A DNA stretch of 64,000 bases from Squalus acanthias (lineage: Eukaryota), in contig CM059431.1 of the NCBI GenBank assembly GCA_030390025.1, positions 111,664,001 through 111,728,000 of the forward strand. Reading direction: 5' to 3'. How positions within the stretch are numbered: position 1 is the first letter of the stretch; each line of letters begins with the position of its first letter. The translations under genes and the position numbers were made by a program. The notes under the pieces are model-generated. The model saw nothing but the letters and a program-made list of their open reading frames with translations. It made no database searches and had not been told where the DNA came from. Shown one piece after another: positions 37,151-49,622 of the stretch.

Positions 37151-39800
37151 ATTTGTAAATAAATGTTCCTTCTCCTTGTCCTTCTTCTTATGGTTGTTGA
37201 GGCAGCTGCACACCCAACAATGCTGAGAATGAGGTGCTGCAGCATCAATGGTCCTCCCCTTTAAGGAGTGAAAAAAGCCGGTGGCAATCATTACTTGCGT
37301 TTAGACTACACCTGATATTGGTCCATCTTTTCAGTGCACCGCCAATGAGCTTGGGGTTTTAGATGAGAATCATGGCTCCAATCATATTAATGAGGAGTGA
37401 GGGCGAATTTTGCGTGCAGTCTAGATGATTTTCAAATGGCGCTACTTAACCATTTTTAGTCTAAACACCTCCCATTCCTTGGCTATAACGAATTTCTAGC
37501 CCATAGAATATAAAAGCAAAGAGATCATGCTAGAACTTTATCAATCACTGGTTAGGCCTCAGCTGAAGCATTGTGGACAATTCTGGGCGCCACACTTCAG
37601 GAAAGATGTAAAGGCCTTAGAAAGGGTACAGAGGAGGTTTACCAGGATGTTACCAGGGATGAGGGGCTTCAGTTATAAGGAGAGGTTGAAAAAGTCAGGA
37701 CTGTTCTCCCCGGAACAGAGAAGGTTAAGAGGTGACCTAATAGAGGTTTTCAAGATGATGAGAGGTTTTGATAGAGTAGAGAGAGAAAAACTATTCCCTC
37801 TGACGAGTGGGGCAATAACCAGAGGTCATAGATCTAAAATCACTGGCAAAAGATCTAGAGGGGAGATGAGAAATGTTTTCACTCAGAGAGTTGTGGGGAT
37901 CTGGAATGCTCGACCTGAAAAGGTGGTGGAAGCTGATTCCATCAATAATTTTAAAGGGAGTTGGACAGGTACTGGAGGATGAGGAACTTACAGGGTTACG
38001 GACAAAAAGCAGGGGGTGTAGGACTAAGCACGTCTGCTCTTTCAAAGATCCAGCACAGGCACGACGGGCCGAATGGCCTCCTTCTGTGCTGTATGTTTCT
38101 ATGATTCTGAGTGGGTTGCTAAACGACTTTTTGTTACTATCTTTCGCTCTCTCCCTCCATCTCACTCACTTGAACTTTACTGTTCCTTCTCCCAGCCCTT
38201 GTGGCTGCTCAGCTTTTCATCCAGCTTTCCTCCCTGCTCTACTTCCCTTTAATTCATTTTATGGAGGCTGTGCGTTCAGCTGCCTCGGCCCTAAGCTCTG
38301 GAATTCCCTCCCTACCCCTCTCTCCTGCTTTAAGACGCCCCTTAAAACCTTCCTCTTTGGTTGGTCACCTGTCCTAATGTGGCTTGATGCCAAATTTTGT
38401 TTGACAACACTCCTGCCAAGCGCCTTGGGACTTTTCAACTACATTAAAGGCTCTATAAAGGCTCCAACGCTGTTGATGTTGTTCCTGTTCAAGGATATTG
38501 TAATAAAATGTCGTTCAACAGCTGTTCTGTGCCAATGCATCCCATCCTGTGCTGTACTTTATGTCTGCAACCTATCAAATATTTTGAGGTGATTACACAA
38601 TGTGCTGGCAGGCTGTTAAACTGGTGAGTGGTCAGCATTTCTGTTACAATGAACTTAAAAACACTTAGAACATCACTGACCAGTAACTGTGCAAGCAAGT
38701 GAAGGCAGCAGCCTATGTACTTTGGAGGGGCCTATTTCCGAGTAACTTATTCCCAATTCATTAATGTGGAATTAGTGTCTTCTGAAGTGCATTTTGTTCA
38801 AAGTGACACTGCACGGGTGCCTGTGATGCTGGAGTATCTTGTGTCATAAAGGGAAGCTTCTGCGGCTTTACCTTGTGCGTTCACACTAGAGAGCACAGGA
38901 GCTATCCATAAAATGCCAGACACACTTAAACATTAATTATGCGACCTTCAGAATGGAATGCTCGATATACTCTGACAACCAAGTAACCAGAAGACTCCTC
39001 AATACAGGCTTTTATTCCTTACAGGTCCTCACGTCCACACTCAGTCCACTTTTTTTTTAATTAAGAAGATCTGCCTGGCAGCAGTGCCGTCTGGTTCGGT
39101 TCAACCTTCAGTCATTATGCTGTTTCTGACAAACATTGCTATTTGCTTGTCGGGCGCACAAGGGCAGCCTCATTTTTTTTTCATGGATTCAGGGACGAAT
39201 AGGCTAGAATGAGCGTGACAGCTATTGTAAGTGCTGAGGATAGACAGAAGGCATCTCTTTGCACGGTCAATAATCAATGCACATTGTATGTGTTATTTTC
39301 CCAGCCCAATCTTGCCCTTTACTCCTCGAAATGAAAAGGCCCCACAGTCTACGTTGCTGGAATAGCTGCTCACCAATGTCAACAAAACACTATTTAAAAC
39401 ACTGATGTCCATTCAATCAGCGAGAAGAAAAGAAGTGGAGACATAACAAATGCAAAGACGTTGCTACTTGGGATTCAGGCCTCGGTTTGCCAACTCTGGT
39501 TGCTTGCATTTCTGGAGGTTTGGTCACGTGATGTTCTGACCACGTGACGGCTGATCCCCTGACATCGGATCACTTAACCTCTACCCCTGTTAATGGATTT
39601 ACCTTATAACGGTTGGGTCACCTGTAGTTGAGAACCTTTATTCATGGTCTCGCGCCAGCAGCTGGTGTGCGACAAGTTCCAAGAACCAGGAGGCCCACCG
39701 TGAGCAGGCGAAGATGGGAAACCGAGGGCGGGGAAAAGGGAAAACCATTCTCTCCATCTTTCCCCCCACCTGCCCCCCGAGCACACATTCCCCATCTTTC

Positions 39801-40931
39801 TCTCCGAGCCCCCATTCCCCAGTCTCCATCTCTCTCTCTCTGAGCCCCCATTCCCCAGTCTCCATCTCTCTCTCCGAGCCCCCATTCCCCAGTCTCCATC
39901 TCTCTCTCCGAGCCCCCATTCCCCAGTCTCCATCTCTCTCTCTGAGCCCCCATTCCCCAGTCTCCATCTCTCTCTCTCTCTGAGCCCCCATTCCCCAGTC
40001 TCCATCTCTCTCTCCGAGCCCCCATTCCCCAGTCTCCATCTCTCTCTCCGAGCCCCCATTCCCCAGTCTCCATCTCTCTCTCTCTGAGCCCCCATTCCCC
40101 AGTCTCCATCTCTCTCTCCAAGCTCCCATTCCCCAGTCTCCATCTCTCTCTCCGAGCCCCCATTCCCCAGTCTCCATCTCTCCCTCCCTGAGCCCCCATT
40201 CCCCAGTCTCCATCTCTCTCTGAACCCCCATTCCCCAGTCTCCATCTCTCTCTCCGAGCCCCCATTCCCCAGTCTCCATCTCTCTCTCCGAGCCCCCATT
40301 CCCCAGTCTCCATCTCTCCCTCCCTGAGCCCCCATTCCCCAGTCTCCATCTCTCTCTCTCGGAGCTCCCATTCCCCAGTCTCCATCTCTCTCTCTCAGAG
40401 CTCCCATTCCCCAGTCTCCATCTCTTCGCCCCCATTCCCCAGTCTCCATCTCTCTCTCCGAGCCCCCATTCCCCAGATTCCATCTCTCTCTCCGAGCCCC
40501 CATTTCCCAGTCTCCATCTCTCCCTCCCTGAGCCCCCATTCCCCAGTCTCTATTTCTTCCCCCCCGCACCCATTCCCCAGTCTCCATCTCTCCCTCCCTG
40601 AGCCCCCATCCCCCAGTCTCCATCTCTCTCTCCGAGCCCCCATTCCCCAGTCTCCATCTCGCCCTCCCTGAGCCCCCATTCCCCAGTCTCCATCTCTCTC
40701 TCCGAGCCCCCATTCCCCAGTCTCCATCTCTCACTCCGAGCCCCCATTCCCCAGTCTCCATCTCTCTCTCCAAGCCCCCATTTCCCAGTCTCCATCTCTC
40801 TCTCTGAGCACCCATTCCCCAGTCTCCATCTCTTTCTCCGAGACCCCATTCCCCAGTCTCCATTTCTCTCTCCGAGCACCCATTCCCCAGTCTCCATCTC
40901 TTTCTCCGAGACCCCATTCCCCAGTCTCTAT
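39801..40931. repeat. Minisatellite, unit about 31-37 bp, roughly 34 units
   Basis: Unit GAGCCCCCATTCCCCAGTCTCCATC(TC)n with a variable TC tract. Confidence 0.97.
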
Positions 40932-41107
40932 CCCCCCAACTCTTGTAGTCACCCGATTACAGAATGCCCTGATTTCAGAGCTACACCGCCCCCCCCCCCC
41001 CCCACCCCCCAGCTGATCGCGGCTCTCTGCAGGTGGCGGCTCTGAGCAGTAGCCAGTGACGAGCTATAATGAAAAGGCTATGAATGTATTCTGTTTAAAA
41101 TGAGTGC

Positions 41108-43665
41108 ACAGTAGTGGTAATGTAGGGCACAGTATCAATCAAGAAATTAGAAGTGCATGTAACAAGGGCAATACGGTAATCATGGGGGACTTTAATCTAC
41201 ATATTGACTGGGCAAATCAAATTACCACTAATGGTGTGGAGGACGAATTCTTGGAATGCATGCGAGATGGTTTCCTGGATCAGTATGCGGAGGAACCAAC
41301 CAGGGAACAGGCTATTCTGGATCTGGTACTGTGTAATGAGAAAGGGCTAATCAATAATCTTGTGGTAAAGGGGCCTTTAGGGACAAGTGGCCATAATATG
41401 ATTGAATTTTACATTAAGTTTGAGAGTGATGTAGTCCAATCTGAAACTAGGGTCTTCAATCTAAACAGAGGAAACTACAAGGGTATGAGGGACAAGTTGG
41501 CCATGGTAGGTTGAGAGACTACACTAAAAGGTATGAAGATGGACATACAATGGCTAACATTCAAGGAAATAATGCATAATTTGCTACAAACATATATTCC
41601 TCTAGCGCATAAAAACTCAAAAGGAAAAGTGATCCAACCATGGCTAACAAAATAAATTAAAGCTAGTATTAAGTCAAAGGAGGAAGCTTATAAAGTTGCC
41701 AGAAAAAGCGGTCAGCCTGAGGATTGAGATCTTTTTAGAAATCAACAAAGGGGGACCAAGAAATTGATAAAGAAAGGGAAAATGGAATATGAGCACAAAC
41801 TAGCAAAAAATATAAAAATGGATTGTAAAAGCTTCTATAGGTATGTGAAAAGGAAAAGACTGGCAAAGGGAAATGTAGGTCCTTTACAGTCAGAGACGGG
41901 AGAATTTATAATGGGGAATGAGGAAATGGCAGAGAAATTAAATAGATACTTTGTTTCTGTCTTCACGGAGGAAGACACAAAAAACCTCCCAGAAATATGA
42001 GAAAACCAAGGGTGTGGCGAGAATGAGGAACTTAAAGAAATTATTAGTACAAAAACAGTACTAGCAAAATTAATGGGACTAAAAGTCAATAAATCCCAAG
42101 GACCGGATGACCTACATCCAAGAGTTTTGAAAGAGGTGGCCATTGGGATCGTGGACGCATTGGTTGTCATCTTCCAAAATTCTATAGATTCTGGAACGGT
42201 TCCTGCAGATTGGAGGATAGCAAATGTAACCCCGCTATTTAAGAAAGGAGGGAGAGAGAAAACGGGGAACTACAGACCTGTTAGCCTCACATCAGTAGTT
42301 GGGAAAATGCTGGAATCTATTATAAAGGATGCAATAACTGGGCACTTAGAAACTAATAGTAAGATTGGGCAGAGTCAACATGGATTTATGAAAGGGAAAT
42401 CCTGTTTGACAAACCTATTGGAATTCTTTGAGGATGTAACTAGTGGAGTAGACAAAGGTAGATGTGGTGTATCTGGATTTTCAGAAGGCCTTCGATAAGG
42501 TCCCACACAAGAGGTTGGTGAACAAAATTAGGGCACATGGAATTGGGGGTAATAAACTAGCATGGATTGAGAATTGGTTAACAGTAGAAAACAAAGAGTA
42601 GGGATAAACGGGTCTTTTTCAGGATAGCAGGCTTTGACTAGTGGGGTACCACAAGGATCGGTGCTTGGGCCCCAGCTATTCACAATCTATATCAAAGATT
42701 TGGATGAGGGGACTAAATGTAACATTTCCAAATTTGCTGATGATGCAAAGCTAGGTGGCAGTGTCAGTTGTGAAGAAGATGTGAAGAGGCTTCAAGGGGA
42801 CCTCGACAGGCTCAGTGAGTGGGCGAGAACATGGCAGATGGAATATAATGTGGATAACTGTGAAGTTATCCACTTTGGTAGAAAAAACAGAAAGGCAGAG
42901 TATTTCCTAAATGGTGAAAGATTGGGGAATGTAGATGCTCAAAAGGACCTGGGTGTCCTTGTACATCAGTCACTGAAAGTGAATGTGCAGGTGCAGCAAG
43001 CCATTAGGAAGGCAAATGATATGCTGGCCTTCATTACAAGAGGATTTGAGTACAGGAGTAAAGAAGTCTTACTCCAATTATATAGGGTCTTGGTGAGACC
43101 ACACCTGGAGTACTGTGTACAATTTTGGTCTCCTTACCTAAGGAAGGGTATACTTGCCATAGAGGGAGTGCAACGAAGGTTCACGAGATTGATTCCTGGG
43201 ATGGCGGGACTGTCGTATGAGAAGAGATTGAGTAAACTAGGCCTGTATTCTCTTGAATTCAGAAGAATGAGAGGGGATGTCATTGAAGCATACAAAATTA
43301 TTACAGGGCTTGATAGGGTGGATGCTGGGAGAATGTTTCCCTTGGCTGGAGAGTCTAGAACCAGGGGCCACAGCCTCAGGATAAAGGGTAGGCCATTCAG
43401 GACTGAGATGAGAAGAAATTTCTTCACACAGAGGGTGGTGAATCTTTGGAACTCTCTACCCCAGAGGGCTGTGGAGGCTCAGTCATTGGGTAGATTCAAA
43501 ACAGAAGTTGATAGATTTCTGACTAGTAAGGGCATCAAGGGATATGGCGATAGGGCCGGTGAATGGAGTTGAGGCAGAAGATCAGCCATGATCTCATTGA
43601 ATGGCGGAGCAGGCTCGAAGGGCCGAATGGCCTACTCCTGCTCCTATTTCTTATGTTATGTTCTT
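41108..43665 (+). mobile_element. Young 5'-truncated CR1 LINE (ORF2 endonuclease end + RT), disabled
   Basis: EN motifs IMGDFN, PTREQAILDLVL and SGHNMI. RT motifs NYRPVSLTS, SQHGF, SGVPQGSVLGP and KFADD. Several stops and frameshifts; intact 3' tail. Confidence 0.95.
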
Positions 43666-44024
43666 AACCTCGTTCTGACTCCTGGCGCCAGGCTAATAGT
43701 TAGTAATTATCTACAGTACCTCACAGAGTCTTTGTTGTTCATGTGAGCACACTGCGGCGGGAAATTTAAATCACTGATCTCCCTGGCTTCTGGAAGCTGG
43801 GACAGGAACCCTCGATTCCGGGAAACTCCCGGTCATTCCGGGAGGGTTGGGAACCCTATTCAGGCCTGAAATACTAACTGAACTGTATGAAGATGTTACA
43901 GAAGCAATTCACAATTTCTGTGTGATTTAAAAATACTCAGGTATTCTATGTCAATTGGTATTGACGGTACTCTTGCTACTAATCTCACTCTATCTCCGAG
44001 CCCCCGTTCCCCAGTCTCCATCTC

Positions 44025-44265
44025 AGGGGGGTTATCCCTAATGTCCTGGCCTATATTTATCCCTCAATCAACATTACTAAAAAACAGATCATCTGGTCAT
44101 TAACGCATTGCTGTTTGTGGGAGCTTGCTGTGCACAGATTGGCTCTTGCATTTCCTACATTACAACAGTGACTACAATTCAAAAAGTACTTCATTGGCTG
44201 GAAAGCGCTTTGGGTTGTCCGGTGGGCGCGAAAGGCACTATATAAATGCAAGTCTTTCTTTTTCT
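44025..44265 (+). mobile_element. 5'-truncated SacSINE1-like DeuSINE
   Basis: Matches the 3' half of 16744-17198. Confidence 0.8.
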
Positions 44266-44339
44266 TAATTTTTGCTTTTGCGTCTATGGTCTGCTCTTTG
44301 TTTTCCATTTCTGGTTTTTTTCTCTTTGTAATATTTCTT

Positions 44340-45268
44340 TCTCAACCCCTCCACTGTCTCTGATTTGTCACGCTGCCTGTCCTACATCCAGTATTAGGTG
44401 AAAAGAAATTTCCTCCAATTAAATATTGGGAAGGCCGAAGCCATTGTTTTCGCTCCTCGCCACAAACCCCGTTCCCTAGCCGCCGACTCCATCCCTCTCC
44501 CTGGCAAATGTCTGAGGCTGAACCAGACTGTTCGCAACCTTGCTGTCGTAAATTGACCCTGAGCTGAGCTTTCCGACCACATATCCTCTCCATCACAAAG
44601 ACCGCCTATTTCCACCTCTGCAACATCGCCCGTCTCCGCTCCTGCCTCAGCTCATCTGCTGCTGAAACCCTCATCCATGCCTCTATTACCTCTAGACTCG
44701 ACTATTCCAATGCTCTCCTGGCTGGCCTCCCACCTTGCAGCCTCTGTAAACTTCAGCTCATCCAAAACTCTGCTGCCCGTATCCTAACTCGCGCCAAGTC
44801 CTGTTCACCCATCATCCATGTGCTCGTTGACCTACATTGGCTCCCGGTCCAGCAATGCCTCGATTTAAAAATTTGCCTCCTTGTTTTCAAATCCCTCCAT
44901 GGCCTCGCCCCTCCCTATCTCTGTAACCTCCTCCATCCCTACAACCCTCCGGGATCTCTGCACTCCTCCAATTCTGCCCTCTTGAGCATCCCCGATTTTA
45001 ATCGCTCCACCATTGGTGACCATGCCTTCTGATGCCAAGGCCCTAAGCTCTGGAACTCCCTCCCTAAACCTCTCTGCCTCTACACCTCTCTCTCCTCCTT
45101 TACGACGCTCCTTAAAACCTACCTCTTTGACCAAGCTTTTGGTCACCTGTCCTAATATCTCCTTATGTGGTTCGGTGTCAAATTTTGTTTGATTATCTCT
45201 CCTGTGAAGCACCTTGGGACGTTTTATTATGTTAAAGGTGCTATATAAATACAAGTTGTTGTTGTTTG
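44340..45268 (+). mobile_element. L2 LINE 3' fragment
   Basis: LVDLHWLPVQQCLDLKICLLVFKSLHGLAPPYL, then LWNSLP and a (GTT)n tail. Confidence 0.9.
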
Positions 45269-45887
45269 TACCTTCCAATGGGTGGCATAGTGTGTTGGTG
45301 AAGGGAGCCATGAAGGGCTTTGGCTCAATTTACCAGTCATGAACAGAGTCAAATGTGGCTTGTCATGTTCAGCGGTTCCCTTATTATGCACTATCTGTTC
45401 ACACCACCTACTTTGAGCTCATTATCTACAAGGTTGCTCCCATCATGTCCCCAAAATGTTAACCTTCTCACTAAATACTTTCATTTGAACTACGTGCTCA
45501 CTCCGATTTCAGTAGCATCTGAAGATGTGATTAACTTTTGTTTTCCTTCACCATGTGTCATCTCTCTGGTGAAAGACTTGGTAACAAGGGGGTCATCAGC
45601 TTACAAACAGCACTAGAAGCATAAAAGGAACTTATTTTGTACACAAAGCGTCACAAAAGTACAAAATACATTACCACAACTGTGATTGAAGCTGAGTCAA
45701 TTATAACACTGAAGAGGGAATTAGATGGAGACTTGAAGAAAAAGAGTCCAGAGAAAGAGCAGGGAAATGGGATTACTGTAGGCAACTCTGATGTGGAACT
45801 CGCAGCTTGCACTGGCACAGGTCCAATGACCAAATGGTCTTCTGTAATGATATTTCTATGATTCGAACTGTTTTTGACAGAGCTATG

Positions 45888-46303
45888 GGGCTGGATTTTC
45901 ATTGACCCGTGGAGGTGGGTTTGGAGGCGTGTGGGGGGTTAAGATTGCGAAAACTGGCGGGCGGGCACAAGTCCGCCTCCATCCCGCCTCCACGCAATTT
46001 TCATTAAATCGTGTCTGCTGGTCCCGACTCCGTCCCGCCTTTAAGAGGCGGGATAGGTTGTTAAGGCCCTTAACAAGCACTAAATTGGCTCTATAATGCC
46101 ATTTTGAAAGGCCTTTGTGATTTTAACCCTTGTTCTACGTGAAGCACGCCTGTTCTGAAACACGATTGTGAAACCTGGCGGGAGCACATTTCGAAAGCTG
46201 ACTATCTGCTGCAGGTCCATTATTACAATGAAGAAGTAGTAGTAGGAAAAATATCTGAGGGCGGCTGCTGCTCATTTTGCCTTCAGGTCCTCTGAGAGCA
46301 AAG

Positions 46304-46348
<45 letters not shown>

Positions 46349-46601
46349 TTTGCATCCAGATCCTCTCACAGCAAAGGCCAGGCAGTCTCTGAAGCCCTTC
46401 AATGCAGCAGCAATGATGACATCATCAGAGGCGACTTTCAGACTCAGAACACTAATTGGGTCATGGGTTCCCACATGCTGGAACTCAATTGCCCAATTAG
46501 GTGAAAATTGCATCAATCTCCCACATCCAAATGCAGTCGGGTGGATAACACGAAAAGTGGATAACACGACCCCAACCCGCCCTAGTATCAAAATCCAGCC
46601 C
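45888..46601 (+). mobile_element. Harbinger-type MITE family B, copy 3
   Basis: TIR GGGCTGGATTTT / AAAATCCAGCCC, TSD ATG/ATG, long (CT)n. Confidence 0.9.
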
Positions 46602-46945
46602 ATGGAGTCTTCTGACAGCAAAGGTTTGACGGTTGGGGCCTTTTATGCCTTGAGGCCCAGAAACTGAGTGAGATGCAATATGCACACGTAAATAGCACTG
46701 AGGAAAGCAAGGACAAAAAAATGCGTACTTAGTGTCTGTTTTCCTATAGGCATCCAGTTGACACAACACGTTGTCTGACCACCACTCCCCAGAGAGTTAA
46801 GGCACCAATAATCAATCATATGGCAAGTATTCAATCTCATCCAAGCCATCAGGGGAAATAACAAGTGGAGATAGGGCACTTTTCCACAGGGAGGGAGAGA
46901 AATATCAAACAATGCTTCAACCTGGCCTTCTCTTGCAGACACTAG

Positions 46946-47824
46946 GGGGGCGATTTTGCCGGCGCTCAGGGGTCGGGTTTGGAGGCGGGTCTGCTGGCAA
47001 AATCAAAAAGATTGGTAGCGGGTCCCGAACCCACTTCCAAATCGCCTCCAATCCATCTTCCCGGGAGTCAGGTCCCCGATTTGCGCAGGGACCCGACTCC
47101 TAGCGGTGGTAAGAGGATTATAGCCACTTAACTGCTTGTTAACAGGTAGTTAACAGGCAGTTAACAGGCTTTTTCCAATTTTGATACTTCTACTTCGGGC
47201 TTCCCGACGTCGGGAAACCCCGCCAGGGTAAGTGTGGCGTGCTGTGGGTATACTGTAATGTTTGTGTATAGATGACAGCTGCAGAAGTGGTGTGAAGGAT
47301 CCAATGGGACACTGGTGAGTTGCAGAGGTAAGGAAATATTGGGAAAGTCATTTGTAATGTGTTTAGAATTTTCTGTATGTGACAAGTTTTGAAGTGTTTG
47401 TGTAGTCCCACCTCATTGGGAGAACCTCTCTCACCAGTGACAGATCGCTTCTGTAACCTCACCTGCAGCTGCCATCTGTTTTAGCCTAAGGAGAGAGTCA
47501 CTGGAGAGTCTGAGTGCAAGGGTTCACCTTTCTACAGTGATTGTCAGTGTTTGCAGCACCTCAATGCTGTCAAACACTGAAAAAATCATCTGTCAAAAAG
47601 AAATGGTGGTGACCCCTTTAAGAAAACCGGCAGATGAAGCGTCATCAACTGACGTCATCTGACACCGGCTTTCTCTTAATTGGCCGGCAAGCCCGCAGGG
47701 CAGGCTTAACAAGGCCAATTGACGCAAAATAGCGTCTGTACGTCGGACGTCGCTGGGGGCGGGACTAGAACCCGAAAGGCAGCAGTCCCGCCCCCAACGC
47801 GCCTCTTCAGGTAAGATCCCGGCC
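46946..47824 (-). mobile_element. Harbinger-type non-autonomous family C, copy 2
   Basis: TSD TAG/TAG. Reverse complement of the 30484-31553 body. Confidence 0.85.
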
Positions 47825-47991
47825 TAGCACTTCCCCCACCTCCTTTGCAAGCATTTGGTGAATTTTGTGCTCATCGATGTCAACACTAGGAATGGAATCT
47901 TTCTCATTTTTGTCACCAAGTGTCACAACAAACCCTCCAAGTCAGGTGCAGCACACGTTAGATGCCACAGTAAAATTCCCTGTGCTCCCGA

Positions 47992-48133
47992 GGGTAAAAT
48001 TAAACGTCAGCGAGGACGCAAAACAGGTGGCAGCCGACCAGCCACTCGTTATTGAAGTCAGGCGGGGTGTACAGCGGGCTGCCAATCCGCTACCGCCCGT
48101 TTTGCACCCTCACTGAAGTTGAATTTTGCACCC
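47992..48133. mobile_element. Small MITE inside an LF-SINE-like relic
   Basis: Imperfect TIR GGGTAAAATTAAAC / GTTGAATTTTGCACCC. Confidence 0.55.
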
Positions 48134-48981
48134 TCTTTCTCTATGAAGTGCCTTAGCCCCAAGTCATCGGATCCCCAGAAGTAGAAGGACATTGTTCTAA
48201 ACCACTATGCCAGCTCAGGTCCCCTCATCTCACCTCTTTACAAATAACGTAAAACAGCATTCTGTTACCAGCAACAGAATTATATTATTCTGCTTTCCCC
48301 CCCCCTACATTTTTGGCAGTTCACAAAGGTGCAAGTTCCAAAAGACATTCAGTACTCAAAAGGGTTTGCCATGTGCCAGTGGCAAAACACTAGCTGGGTG
48401 CTAAGTGAACCAGGTGGTACAACATGCAGCCATAAACTAAAGAAAGTTCTAAGATTCAATCCCCGGCCTGTGCTTGGATCGCCAATCTCAGCTTCCCGAG
48501 GCACTTCAATTGTTCACAGTGTCCCTGAGCTGCGGGGGCTGGGGAGGAATCCACTCGGGTTCCTGCTCTGTGATCCCACCTCGGAGCACGTGTGGGTGAA
48601 CAAGAATGGGCTTGCCCGGGTTGTGCCCGCGGAAGGTTAATCTGTATTCGTGGTGGTGGCCAGAACTAGAAAAGGAAGTTGGTACATGGGTGCACAATAT
48701 ACCACACAGCAGCAGCATAACTCATCACACATCAGAATCTGGCCAAGGCAGATGCCAGATAGGAAAGCCAACAACATGTTTCGCTCAGTCACGTCTGGCC
48801 TGTTAAGGATATAAAGCATGATGCAGTGCACTGTGATACTATGGGATGTTTGTACAGGATGTCGGCCCGCCTTGCCTGTGGCATTCCTTGCACATTCCAA
48901 ACTAACCTGGCATTTGGCATCACTAGCATCCCCCTGACCAGGGGCAATCCCAGCCTGTCAGAGCCCCCTCACACTAATATA

Positions 48982-49335
48982 CAGGAAACTCTTTATTAAC
49001 CGGCACCGACGGGACCGGCGTGGTGCCGGTTTATCAAAAAGTCCGGATAACGGAGAGTTATATCTACCAAGGTACGGGGAGCCCCATACATGGCCACAGA
49101 TCCAGGAGTCCCTGGTGTATGGCCACAGGTGCAGGAACCCCGGTCACATTAAAGAATTTCTGCATCTCCCTTCTTGTGACAGATCTTACAGCGAGCATTC
49201 AGCAAAGACTTGTTCCATATAATGCTACGATCCAGTGTAGAGAGATGAAGGAAAACCCCGGTTACCTACTCAAGAATTTTGCCAGTTAAGAGAGATTTCC
49301 GGATATTTGGGTGCCGGTTAATAAAGAGTTTCCTG
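48982..49335. mobile_element. Tc1/mariner-type MITE
   Basis: Perfect TIR CAGGAAACTCTTTATTAACCGGCACC with TA on both sides. Confidence 0.9.
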
Positions 49336-49359
49336 TATAGAACTATATGATCAAATATA

Positions 49360-49622
49360 ACAACAACAACAACAACTTGCATTGATATAGCGCCTTTGGC
49401 ATCGTAAAACGTCCCAAGGAGCTTCATCGAATAAAATTTGACACCGATCCACATAAGGAGATATTGGGACAGGTGACCAAAAACTTGGTCAATGAGATCG
49501 GTCACAACGGAGCGTCTTAAAGGAGGAGAGAGAGTTAGAGCGACGGAGAGATTTAGGGAGGGAATTCCACAGCTTAGGGCCTAGGCTGCCGATGATGGAG
49601 CGAAAAAAAAATTGGGGATGCT
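49360..49622 (-). mobile_element. L2 3' end
   Basis: (AAC)n tail followed by reverse-complement L2 3' sequence. Confidence 0.85.

Larger units (their letters stand above)
34885..37502 (+). mobile_element. Decayed autonomous-type PIF/Harbinger DNA transposon
   Basis: Imperfect TIR GGGGGATAAATT / AATTTCTAGCCC with clean insertion into a CR1. Convergent transposase and Myb/SANT relic genes. Confidence 0.9.
34576..38105 (+). mobile_element. CR1 fragment split by the Harbinger transposon
   Basis: WQMGFNAEKCEAMH...KVVKKAYELLGF before 34885. It resumes after 37502 with IEYKSKEIMLELYQSLVRPQL...RFTRMLPG and a 3' tail. Confidence 0.85.
39482..43858. mobile_element. hAT-type (Blackjack-like) non-autonomous element with nested cargo
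   Basis: 8-bp TSD TTCAGGCC (39474-39481, 43859-43866). Imperfect TIR TCGGTTTGCCAACTC / GGGTTGGGAACCCTA. Confidence 0.75.

Noticed and set aside
39801..40931. CRISPR-like array
   Set aside because: The units abut each other with only TC-length variation. There are no unique spacers or cas genes, and the context is vertebrate.
39604..40952. Long minus-strand ORFs (up to 437 aa)
   Set aside because: They are translations of the stop-free minisatellite in all three frames, with no sign of a real protein.
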